From a virus (taxonomy: Duplodnaviria; Caudoviricetes), in the IMG/VR virus record IMGVR_UViG_3300028768_000001, positions 1 through 63,881 of that record: a stretch of DNA of 63,881 nucleotides. One strand, written 5' to 3'. Numbering within the stretch: the first letter of the stretch is position 1; each line of letters begins with the position of its first letter. The translations under genes were made by a program, and so were the position numbers. Below the pieces are notes generated by a model. The model made no database searches and was not told where the DNA came from. It was given only the letters and a program-made list of their open reading frames with translations. Of the stretch, positions 45,162-52,519 are shown one piece after another.

Positions 45162-46568
45162 ATGTCGCTGGGCTTCGCCCCGATTTCCAGCACGCCGATC
45201 GCTGCGCTGTCGGGGGGGAACGTCGTTCTTGCGCTGACGAGTGCGAGCGCAACGGGGAAAACGCTAGGCACCGCGTATGTCCCTCCGGGGGCGCACAGCG
45301 CGCATCTGTTTTTTACACCTAGCGGCTATACGCCGCCCAGCGCGACTGCGGCTAATTTCGCCCACGCCTATTACACCGCGTTAGGGGTTCGTATCGCGCT
45401 GCCGCTTACCGGAGTCGCTGCGGCGGGCGCGGTGGGGGGGATCAGCACGGCGTCGTCGGGTGCCGCGGCGCTAACGGGGGTGAGCAGCACGCGTGGCGTA
45501 GGCAGTATGAGCGTCACGGTAAGTGTGGTGCTGGCAGGTGCGAGCAGTACAAGCGGCGTAGGCAGTACGAGCGCCACGGCGAGTGTGGCGCTGACGGGTG
45601 CGGGCAGCACGAGCGGCGTAGGCAGTACGAGCGCCGCGGCGAGTGTGGCGCTGACAGGCGCGCAAAGCCTCTCGGCGGTGGGGGATCTTGCCTCGACACA
45701 AGCGCTTGGCGGGGTTGCGGCAAGCGGTGCGGTGGGCGACACCAGTCCGGCGCAAGGTGGCACGGTGGCGCTGACGGGTGTTGAATCGTCCGGTGCGGTG
45801 GGCGCCGTCGACGTCGAATTGGGGCTGGCGCTGGCAGCGGTTGAATCGACCGGCGCAGCAGGCGATGCGAGTCTCGCGGACGGACTTACCCTGACAGGGG
45901 TGCAATTAAGCGCAGCGGCCGGTGCGGTTGCATGTCGCACGCTGCTGACCGGCGTCGCAAGCGCACTCACCGCGGGCGAGGTGCAGGGGCAGCTCACGCT
46001 GGCGCTTGCTGGGGTCGAGAGCGCTGGCGCGGCGAGCAATCTAGCCTACAGCGACACGATCAGTGGACAGGCCGACATGCTCGGCCATGCCGCGATAGGC
46101 GTGGCGGGCGGGCTTGCGTCGAGCTTCGCCCTGGCGCTTGCTGGGGTGGGTATGGCGGGCGATGTGGCGGCGGCGGCGGCCGACAACCTGCCGAGTGTCA
46201 CGGGTACGCTTTGCGTGCTTGATTCAGGCACGTTGTCGCCGGCATTCCAGCAGTTTATGGCCGGGGTTGCCGCGCTCGATGCCGTGGGGTCGCTGGGTGC
46301 GGCGCCGGCCTTGGCGCTGTCGGGCATGGATGCGACGGGCGCGGTGGGGTTCACTTTTGCCGGCACGCTTGCGCCCGGCGCTGGCACGGCCTTCGTGATC
46401 GTGCGCGCCGTTGAGGTATTCGCCACGGCCTACCCGCCCGAGTGCACCGCGAGGCTACGCGGGTTGGGCTCGCTCGTTACGCAGTCCCCCGTTACCCGTA
46501 CCGTGATGGGTCAAGCCTCCGAGGCATTGTTGGCGATCCTAGACGAGGAAGTGTATGTCAATGCGTAG
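45162..46568 (+). CDS. G/A/S-rich repetitive fibre-like protein
   Basis: LGF.PIS..PIA N-terminus; repeated (V)ALTGV.S.G.VG. Confidence 0.75.
   Translation: MSLGFAPISSTPIAALSGGNVVLALTSASATGKTLGTAYVPPGAHSAHLFFTPSGYTPPSATAANFAHAYYTALGVRIALPLTGVAAAGAVGGISTASSGAAALTGVSSTRGVGSMSVTVSVVLAGASSTSGVGSTSATASVALTGAGSTSGVGSTSAAASVALTGAQSLSAVGDLASTQALGGVAASGAVGDTSPAQGGTVALTGVESSGAVGAVDVELGLALAAVESTGAAGDASLADGLTLTGVQLSAAAGAVACRTLLTGVASALTAGEVQGQLTLALAGVESAGAASNLAYSDTISGQADMLGHAAIGVAGGLASSFALALAGVGMAGDVAAAAADNLPSVTGTLCVLDSGTLSPAFQQFMAGVAALDAVGSLGAAPALALSGMDATGAVGFTFAGTLAPGAGTAFVIVRAVEVFATAYPPECTARLRGLGSLVTQSPVTRTVMGQASEALLAILDEEVYVNA
45481..45660 (+). repeat. 3 x 60-bp in-frame tandem repeat
   Basis: Three near-identical 20-codon units. 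Confidence 0.85.
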
Positions 46569-46659
46569 CATGTAACACAATGTAAGTCATTTCCGACGCG
46601 AAGTACGGCAGCGGCTGACAGTTATGGGTCGGTAATTTGATTAGACTACGGGTACGGAT

Positions 46660-46680
46660 TTAGTTAGGAGTCCGAACTAA
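46660..46680. promoter_or_regulatory. operator-like palindrome upstream of the lysis cassette (best match)
   Basis: TTAGTTAGGA-G-TCCGAACTAA, one mismatch from perfect symmetry. Confidence 0.75.
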
Positions 46681-46726
46681 TTACCGAATTACACAGGCTG
46701 TTGGGTGAGCGGGTCGGGGGTGAATC

Positions 46727-46936
46727 ATGTTGACGGAACGCAGTGCGCGCGCACTGACGGCAAACGATGTGGACGCGTTGGTGGACGCACTGGAGGATCG
46801 GGCTTTGGCGCGACTGAGAGCTAATATTGGCAGCGGCGTGTTGGCGCTGTTCGGTACGTGGGCACTGCGGGTAGCCGTGCTGGGGGTGGTGTATGGGCTC
46901 GGGGTAGCGGGCGGGCTCAAGCGTATTTTCGGGTGA
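46727..46936 (+). CDS. small membrane protein (holin/antiholin-like)
   Basis: C-terminal TM segment, directly before the endolysin. Confidence 0.5.
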   Translation: MLTERSARALTANDVDALVDALEDRALARLRANIGSGVLALFGTWALRVAVLGVVYGLGVAGGLKRIFG

Positions 46937-46978
46937 AGCGATGCAAGACTTGAGGCGTGGGGCTAAAACGCAGAGGGC

Positions 46979-47488
46979 ATGATGGACTACTTCCCGCGGG
47001 CATTCGCCATTGTTGTCGGTATTGAAGCGGGCTATTCGGATGACCCGGCCGATCCGGGCAACTGGACGGGGGGCGCGCGTGGCCGCGGCGGCATGAAAGG
47101 CACCAAGTACGGCATCTCCGCAGCGGCCTATCCGAGCATCGATATCGCCAACCTCACGCTTGCCGGCGCGCAAGCGCTCTATCAAGTGGATTACTGGCAT
47201 GCGGTCAATGCCGACGCGCTGCCGTGGCCGCTCGCGCTGTTCGTGTTCGATTGCGCGGTCAACCAGGGCCAAGGCACCGCGCGCAAACTGCTGCAGACTT
47301 CTCTCGGCGTGGTCGTCGATGGCAACGTAGGACCGCAGACGCTGGCGGCGGCGGCGAAGATGAAAGCGTGGGACATGGCGCACTTCATGACGATCCGCGC
47401 GCGGCGTTACATGGACTCGCCCAACTTCGCCCACGACGGCAATGGTTGGTTTAACCGGCTATTCCAGATCGCGATGAGTAGCGGATGA
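46979..47488 (+). CDS. endolysin, glycoside hydrolase family 108
   Basis: EAGYSDDPADPG (EGGY-like), TKYGIS, FD.AVN.G, DG.VGP.TL, GW.NR. Confidence 0.92.
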   Translation: MMDYFPRAFAIVVGIEAGYSDDPADPGNWTGGARGRGGMKGTKYGISAAAYPSIDIANLTLAGAQALYQVDYWHAVNADALPWPLALFVFDCAVNQGQGTARKLLQTSLGVVVDGNVGPQTLAAAAKMKAWDMAHFMTIRARRYMDSPNFAHDGNGWFNRLFQIAMSSG

Positions 47489-47526
47489 GTAGCGGATGAG
47501 TAGCGGATGAGTAGCGGATGAGTAGC
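47473..47526 (+). repeat. 11-bp tandem repeat (GATGAGTAGCG) x ~4.9
   Basis: Perfect units at 47473, 47484, 47495 and 47506, plus 10 nt at 47517. Confidence 0.97.
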
Positions 47527-48012
47527 ATGGACTTGAACGAATTAAAGGTGATTATCGACGAGCGCGATCGGACCTACCAGCAGCGCTGGGAAGCCTCTGA
47601 AAAGGCGACGGTCACCGCATTGAATGCGACAAAGGATGCGGTTGCCGCCGCCTTTGTCGCGCAGGAAAAAGCTATCGCAGCCGCGCTGATCGCTGCCGAA
47701 CGCGCGGTCAGTAAATCCGAAATTGCCTCGGAAAAACGCTTCGATGCAGTCAACGAATTTCGCGCACAATTGTCGGATCAGGCCAGCACATTTTTGCCCC
47801 GCGCGGAGTTCGACCGGGTGACGACCGCGATCATGGAAAAGATTGATGCAAGCAGTAAAAGCTTTACCGAACGGCTCGATGATCTGCGCATGTCGCGTGA
47901 CCTGCATAGCGGCAAGGCGGCGGGGTTCAATTCCGGGTGGGGGTATTTGATTGCGGCGGGCGCATTGATCTACAGCATCCTCGCCATCGTCAGCATGATC
48001 CGCAAGTGGTAG
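47518..48012 (+). CDS. coiled-coil protein with C-terminal TM (lysis-cassette protein)
   Basis: EKRFDAVNEFRAQLSDQ..TFLPR.E motif; C-terminal hydrophobic helix. Confidence 0.7.
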   Translation: MSSMDLNELKVIIDERDRTYQQRWEASEKATVTALNATKDAVAAAFVAQEKAIAAALIAAERAVSKSEIASEKRFDAVNEFRAQLSDQASTFLPRAEFDRVTTAIMEKIDASSKSFTERLDDLRMSRDLHSGKAAGFNSGWGYLIAAGALIYSILAIVSMIRKW

Positions 48013-48021
48013 GAGAATGGC

Positions 48022-48693
48022 ATGGCCTGGGCCGATATCGGGAATTTGCTCAAAAACGTCGCGCCGATGATTGCGACGGCCGTCGGCACGCCGCTGCTTG
48101 GGGGCGCGGTCGCGGCGCTTGAGGCGGTGTTTGGTCTCACGCCCGCACCGAACGCCGCGATGGACGACCGACAGAACGCGGTTGCGACGGCATTGCAGGG
48201 CGCCACGCCCGAACAACTCGCCACCGTGCGTAAAGCCGACCAGGATTATGCGGCGAGGATGGCGGAAGCCGGCTTCAAAGATAAGGAAGCGATTGCGGCG
48301 CTCGCGCTCGCGGAGACGCAGACCTACGTGAGCGACACGGCCGACGCGCGACACACGAACGCCGCTAATGCCCGGGTATTCTGGATGGGGGTGGTGATCC
48401 TCGCTACCTTCGCGGCGATCATGGGGGCGGCACTCTACGGCGCGTATTCATTGCTTACTGGCAGCCTGCCGGTGGCGAACGTGGCTGTGGTTGGCATGGT
48501 GGCGGGCTTCGTCGGCACCGTGATCGGTTCGGTAGGTGCGAATGCCGCGCAGGTGGTGAGCTTCTTTTTCGGGTCGTCGCGCGGCAGTGATACGAAAAGC
48601 GAACAGATGGCCACGGCTTTTACGCAAGCGTTGGCGCAGCCGGTCGTCACCGCACCCGTTGGCACGATCACTAGTAGCTCGGTCAGTCCATGA
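48022..48693 (+). CDS. putative holin (3TM/GTA-holin-like)
   Basis: VAP.IATA.G.PL.G, D..DAR, two TM helices, V.FFFGSS.GS..K. Confidence 0.7.
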   Translation: MAWADIGNLLKNVAPMIATAVGTPLLGGAVAALEAVFGLTPAPNAAMDDRQNAVATALQGATPEQLATVRKADQDYAARMAEAGFKDKEAIAALALAETQTYVSDTADARHTNAANARVFWMGVVILATFAAIMGAALYGAYSLLTGSLPVANVAVVGMVAGFVGTVIGSVGANAAQVVSFFFGSSRGSDTKSEQMATAFTQALAQPVVTAPVGTITSSSVSP

Positions 48694-48703
48694 AGGAGAC
48701 CGC

Positions 48704-49018
48704 ATGACACTGGAATCTTTTTTTCGGCATCGGGAGTGCGCCCGACTCGATGCAATATTTGACTTACTGGGCGCGATCATTCACCGACTGGAAACCATCA
48801 TGACTGCACTGACCGATTTGCAAGCCGAAGTCGCTGCCACGACCACTGCCGAGGCTTCGGCCGTTACGCTGATTCAGGGTATTGCCGCGCAGCTGCAGGC
48901 GGCGCTCGCCGCCTCGGCCACCCCGGACCCCGCCATCCAGGCGTTGACCGACCAGCTCACGGCCAGTACGACGGCGTTGGCTGCCGCGGTGACGGCCAAT
49001 ACCTCGGCTGCACCGTAA
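48704..49018 (+). CDS. Ala/Thr-rich coiled-coil hypothetical protein
   Basis: AAGGAG RBS before ATG 48704; last gene of the late block. Confidence 0.65.
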   Translation: MTLESFFRHRECARLDAIFDLLGAIIHRLETIMTALTDLQAEVAATTTAEASAVTLIQGIAAQLQAALAASATPDPAIQALTDQLTASTTALAAAVTANTSAAP

Positions 49019-49028
49019 GGCATTGCCG

Positions 49029-49289
49029 CTAGTGGATTAGTTTGAGCAGCAGGCCGCCGATCACGCCGGTCTGTACGATGCCGATGCCGAGCACGATGGT
49101 GAGCGTGGTGACGACACTGTAGTGCTTCATCTCGGCGACTGCGGCCGCGAGATCGCTTTTGGTGATGATGCTATCGGCCAACGCTTCATTCAGTGCGTCG
49201 GCGAACTCGGCGGCTTCTTCTTCGGTAAAGCGTCCCTTGCCGGCCAACCGCTTGACGAGCCGGTGCGTGTCGATCATCGTGGCCATCAT
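49029..49289 (-). CDS. DUF1640/CCDC90-like membrane-anchored protein
   Basis: IDTH.LVKRL...FTEEEA...ITKSDL plus C-terminal TM. Confidence 0.7.
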   Translation of the reverse strand: MMATMIDTHRLVKRLAGKGRFTEEEAAEFADALNEALADSIITKSDLAAAVAEMKHYSVVTTLTIVLGIGIVQTGVIGGLLLKLIH

Positions 49290-49302
49290 GGGTTCTCCTG
49301 GA

Positions 49303-49527
49303 TCATGGCGTGGGGTGCTCCAGCCTGTACAGCCGTTCGGCGTGGTTGTCGACGCTCTCCCACTGGGCCGCGACCGCTTCGCCCAAGTTGTTGAGCTGCC
49401 TTTCGATCGCCGTCAAACGGGCCTTGACCTGCTGAAATTCAGTGTGATTTTCCGCGCGGAACACGGCGAACTCGCTTCGCATTGCGCGCAGCTGTTCCAG
49501 CACCAAGTCTTTCGGTTCGTCCATCAC
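49303..49527 (-). CDS. small coiled-coil protein
   Basis: DLVLEQLRAMR...RL.RLE; GGAGG RBS; TATAAT at 49546-49551. Confidence 0.7.
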   Translation of the reverse strand: MMDEPKDLVLEQLRAMRSEFAVFRAENHTEFQQVKARLTAIERQLNNLGEAVAAQWESVDNHAERLYRLEHPTP

Positions 49528-49557
49528 CCCCTCCCGAATGTAACTATTATAGCGCTA

Positions 49558-50070
49558 TCACTGCACGGTCGTGCCCGGCTTCGGCGGCAGGTAGTGCTGC
49601 ATAGCGCCGAGCGCATGCAGCTCGGGACCGGCCATGTACTCGATCGGCCCGAGCAGGCGGCGCTTGCCCCTCACGGTCACTTTAGGCTGGGCCATCCACA
49701 GGCTGTCGTGGGTTTCGATGTTGAGTAGGATGACATCGACCGCATCGGGTTGATCGCGGATTTGGCCGCCTGACGCCAGGATCTGTTCGTAGCGTTCAGG
49801 TGAAGCGTGGGCGAGCCCCCACCCTTCGCAGACGAAGATCACGCAGTCGCATTGCATTTTGTACGCCATGGCCCGCACCTTGTCGGCGGCAGCGTATTTT
49901 TCCTGGGCACTATTGAACGGGATCACAAGCGGTAGCACTGTACGCAGCTCGCGATGAATCAGGAACCACGACGGCGGTAGCTCTTTACCTTCGTCGAGCC
50001 GCGTCGCAATGGCTTCGATCAGTCGGTTGACGGTGGGCGCAAGATCGTCGGGCATGGGTCTTTCGTTCAT
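49558..50070 (-). CDS. hypothetical protein
   Basis: GAGGAGG RBS; ATGA overlap. Confidence 0.75.
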   Translation of the reverse strand: MNERPMPDDLAPTVNRLIEAIATRLDEGKELPPSWFLIHRELRTVLPLVIPFNSAQEKYAAADKVRAMAYKMQCDCVIFVCEGWGLAHASPERYEQILASGGQIRDQPDAVDVILLNIETHDSLWMAQPKVTVRGKRRLLGPIEYMAGPELHALGAMQHYLPPKPGTTVQ

Positions 50071-50357
50071 GGCCGTACCTCCTCGTAAGCCGGGTCGCCC
50101 CCTTTACGGCGTCGGCCGCTATCCGGGTGGCGATGCCAGCCGGTCGGCTCCCCTTCCCCATCCCACGCATTGAGCGCGGCCTTCGCCGCGGCGTAGTTGT
50201 GGAAACACCAGCGATCACCATAGCCCCAATACGACAGGTCAGCGAGGATCGCGTGCGTGAAGACGAAGGGGGCAATGCAGGCGTCGCGCCCGTTCGGGAA
50301 CTCGCGGTAATCGGTGTAGCCGTTGGCGGTACACACATATTTCATTTTATCGTTCAT
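50067..50357 (-). CDS. conserved phage hypothetical protein
   Basis: GY.DRWC...A..AL..WDG..EP.GW.RHP..GRRR pattern. Confidence 0.75.
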   Translation of the reverse strand: MNDKMKYVCTANGYTDYREFPNGRDACIAPFVFTHAILADLSYWGYGDRWCFHNYAAAKAALNAWDGEGEPTGWHRHPDSGRRRKGGDPAYEEVRP

Positions 50358-50403
50358 GGGCCGATCCACGTTTCATCAGACCTAAGTGTAACTATCCCGG
50401 TGC

Positions 50404-50587
50404 AAAACATCCAAAAAACGTCCATTACGGTGGGAAATCAGGGGGAAAAGAATGGCAACTAATGGATGTTCAGACAAATAAAACGCTTTAAAATCAATGA
50501 CTTAGTGGTGCGAGGAGCGGGACTCGAACCCGCACACATCCTTGCTGCATAAGGCTTTCAGGGCATAGTAGCCAAAAAACGTCCATT
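50404..50587. mobile_element. attP region: arm-type repeats, IHF site, tRNA core
   Basis: 16-bp direct repeat CCAAAAAACGTCCATT at 50411 and 50572; IHF consensus AATCAATGACTTA at 50492-50504; adjacent to the integrase. Confidence 0.85.
50506..50535 (-). other. attP core = 3' end of a tRNA (T-arm + acceptor + CCA), probably tRNA-Leu
   Basis: Minus strand GTGCGGGTTCGAGTCCCGCTCCTCGCACCA; CCTCGC-A-CCA end is typical of proteobacterial tRNA-Leu; no 5' half present. Confidence 0.85.
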
Positions 50588-51816
50588 CATACTTTTGCCC
50601 CGCTGGCGGCCGGGGCGACGTGGGGGGCAAACTTCTCTACCGCGCGCGTACCTGCCGATAGGTCGGCGTCCGGCATCCAGTGGCCGTAGACGCGGGCGAT
50701 CATCGTCCAGTCGGCGTGGCCCATTTGCTTGGCTACCCACATCGGATGCTCGCCGGCCGACAGCATCATCGAGGCGTAGGTATGCCGCGTCTGGTAGGGG
50801 TTGCGGTAGCGGATCTTGGCATTGCGGATCGTCGTCTGCCAGATGCGCCAGATTTCATTGTCGCCACGCCAGCGGCGGGGCTCAGGCAGTCGCCCGCCCA
50901 TGTTCGGGTTCTGGAAAATTTCCTCGCCCTTGAGTTGCGTGAACGCCTTTTGCTGGTTCAGCGCTGCGAGTGCGGGGGGCAGCAGTTTCACGTCGCGCCG
51001 CCCCGCTGACGTTTTTGGTTTCTCGGCGTTGCCCCTGGCCGCGCGTGTCATCGCCTTGCGCACGCGAATCGTGCTGCGCTGCCAGTCGACATCACGCCAG
51101 TTCAACGCGATCAACTCGGATGTGCGTAAGCCGGTCCACAGGGCGAACTGAATCAGGTTGCGAAACTGCTCGCTGCGACACGCTTGAAGAATTAAGGCTT
51201 GCTCGTCGATGGCGAACGGGTCGACTTCATTCTCGTCCGCTTCCTCGTCATAGCCCGGCAGCTCGCGGCTGTAGGTGTAGCCGGCCATGATGTTGGCGGC
51301 TAGATACCCATCCTCCACGGCGTCATCGAGCGCCGAGCGCAGCACCGTCTGGATATTCGCGAGCCGCTTGTTCGACAACGGTTTCTTGCGCCCTTCGTCC
51401 AGGGACACGAGCCACTGCTTGATCTCGCGCCGCGAGAGCGCATCCAACACCGACTTGCCGAACTGCGGGATCAGGCGGTTGTAGATGGTGCCGCGCCACT
51501 CCCGCGCGGAGCTTGCCGACAGCGTAACCTTGCGCGCTTCGAACCACGTTTCGAGGTAGCGGGCGACCAGCGTGGCGCCCCCTTTGGTGGGGGCGCGCTT
51601 GATGGCGTTCTTGGAGTTGGGAAAGACCTGGGCGTAATCGAAGGTGCCGCGCGAAATCTCGTACAAGATCGCGGCGCGGTGCTGCTCAGCCCGTTTCAGG
51701 TTAGCGGCTGTAGGCGGCAGGGGGATGCGCTCGCGGCAGGTTTTGCCGTTGTACTGGAATTGAATTTGGATGCTCGTGGCTGTGGCGGCCTTAACACCCC
51801 TTCCTTCTCGACCCAT
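50587..51816 (-). CDS. int: tyrosine integrase with N-terminal arm-binding domain (DUF3596-like)
   Basis: TGLRTSE (R), PKT (K), YQTRHTYAS, QMGH, VYG (catalytic Tyr). Confidence 0.95.
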   Translation of the reverse strand: MGREGRGVKAATATSIQIQFQYNGKTCRERIPLPPTAANLKRAEQHRAAILYEISRGTFDYAQVFPNSKNAIKRAPTKGGATLVARYLETWFEARKVTLSASSAREWRGTIYNRLIPQFGKSVLDALSRREIKQWLVSLDEGRKKPLSNKRLANIQTVLRSALDDAVEDGYLAANIMAGYTYSRELPGYDEEADENEVDPFAIDEQALILQACRSEQFRNLIQFALWTGLRTSELIALNWRDVDWQRSTIRVRKAMTRAARGNAEKPKTSAGRRDVKLLPPALAALNQQKAFTQLKGEEIFQNPNMGGRLPEPRRWRGDNEIWRIWQTTIRNAKIRYRNPYQTRHTYASMMLSAGEHPMWVAKQMGHADWTMIARVYGHWMPDADLSAGTRAVEKFAPHVAPAASGAKV

Positions 51817-51974
51817 GAGTTATACCCCTCAAGACTGACGAGGATGCGGTGATCGGGGGCGCGTGCCCACACCTCGCCCTCGGGCCATATCCGATCCTCT
51901 ATTTTCTTACGAATGGCTTTCTCGCTATACCCGCTTAGCTCGGCAAATTTGCCGATGGTGACCCAGCGAATCAT
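51696..51974 (-). CDS. xis: excisionase
   Basis: WVTI.KFAELSGYSEKAIRKKI...W.EG..W..APD.RI; overlaps the int start; GGAGG RBS. Confidence 0.85.
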   Translation of the reverse strand: MIRWVTIGKFAELSGYSEKAIRKKIEDRIWPEGEVWARAPDHRILVSLEGYNSWVEKEGVLRPPQPRASKFNSSTTAKPAASASPCRLQPLT

Positions 51975-52019
51975 CGCACATCCTCCGCGCATAGTTGCAT
52001 GATCCTCTCCCGTAAAGGC

Positions 52020-52202
52020 TCACCGCGTGAGGCGCCCGGTGGCTTCCAGTAACGCCGCGCACACCCGGCACAAGCCTGTCGGGTGTAACGTGGGCCAGCC
52101 ATCGCAAGCTGCACAGGCTTCGTTCCAGTCGTCTTCGCCGGGCTTGAGCGACTCAGCCGGGTTCAGGTCGATACGCGGATCGTGCCGCGGGTTCTCGTTC
52201 AT
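52020..52202 (-). CDS. small zinc-finger-like protein
   Basis: CAAC...CRVC; ATGA overlap. Confidence 0.55.
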   Translation of the reverse strand: MNENPRHDPRIDLNPAESLKPGEDDWNEACAACDGWPTLHPTGLCRVCAALLEATGRLTR

Positions 52203-52519
52203 GCGCGTTGCTCCAGAGTGGGGCGATGGTAGGCGCGCACCCAAGCCAAGCCACGCGCTTTGCCCGTGGCGCCCTGCAACCGGCGCACCAGTACCTGCCA
52301 ATCGCCATCGGGGTAGTAGCGGATCGCCTCGATCACGCCGGACTTTTCCAGCACCGGCAGCGACGAAGCAGTCGTGAAAAAACGGATCGTGTCGCCCAGC
52401 GTGAACGGGCATTGCGTCTCGGCGAACTGCTGCTGCACGTCGCGCAGCTGCGCATCGAGCTGGCGGCGCAAGGTGTGCAGGCGGCCAATCGTTGCGCGCA
52501 AGGCGTCCGGGTCGCTCAT
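52199..52519 (-). CDS. hypothetical protein
   Basis: GGAGGA RBS; ATGA overlap with the primase stop. Confidence 0.65.
   Translation of the reverse strand: MSDPDALRATIGRLHTLRRQLDAQLRDVQQQFAETQCPFTLGDTIRFFTTASSLPVLEKSGVIEAIRYYPDGDWQVLVRRLQGATGKARGLAWVRAYHRPTLEQRA

Noticed and set aside
50506-50560. Complete phage tRNA gene
   Set aside because: Only the T-arm, 3' acceptor strand and CCA are present; there is no D-arm, anticodon arm or 5' acceptor strand.
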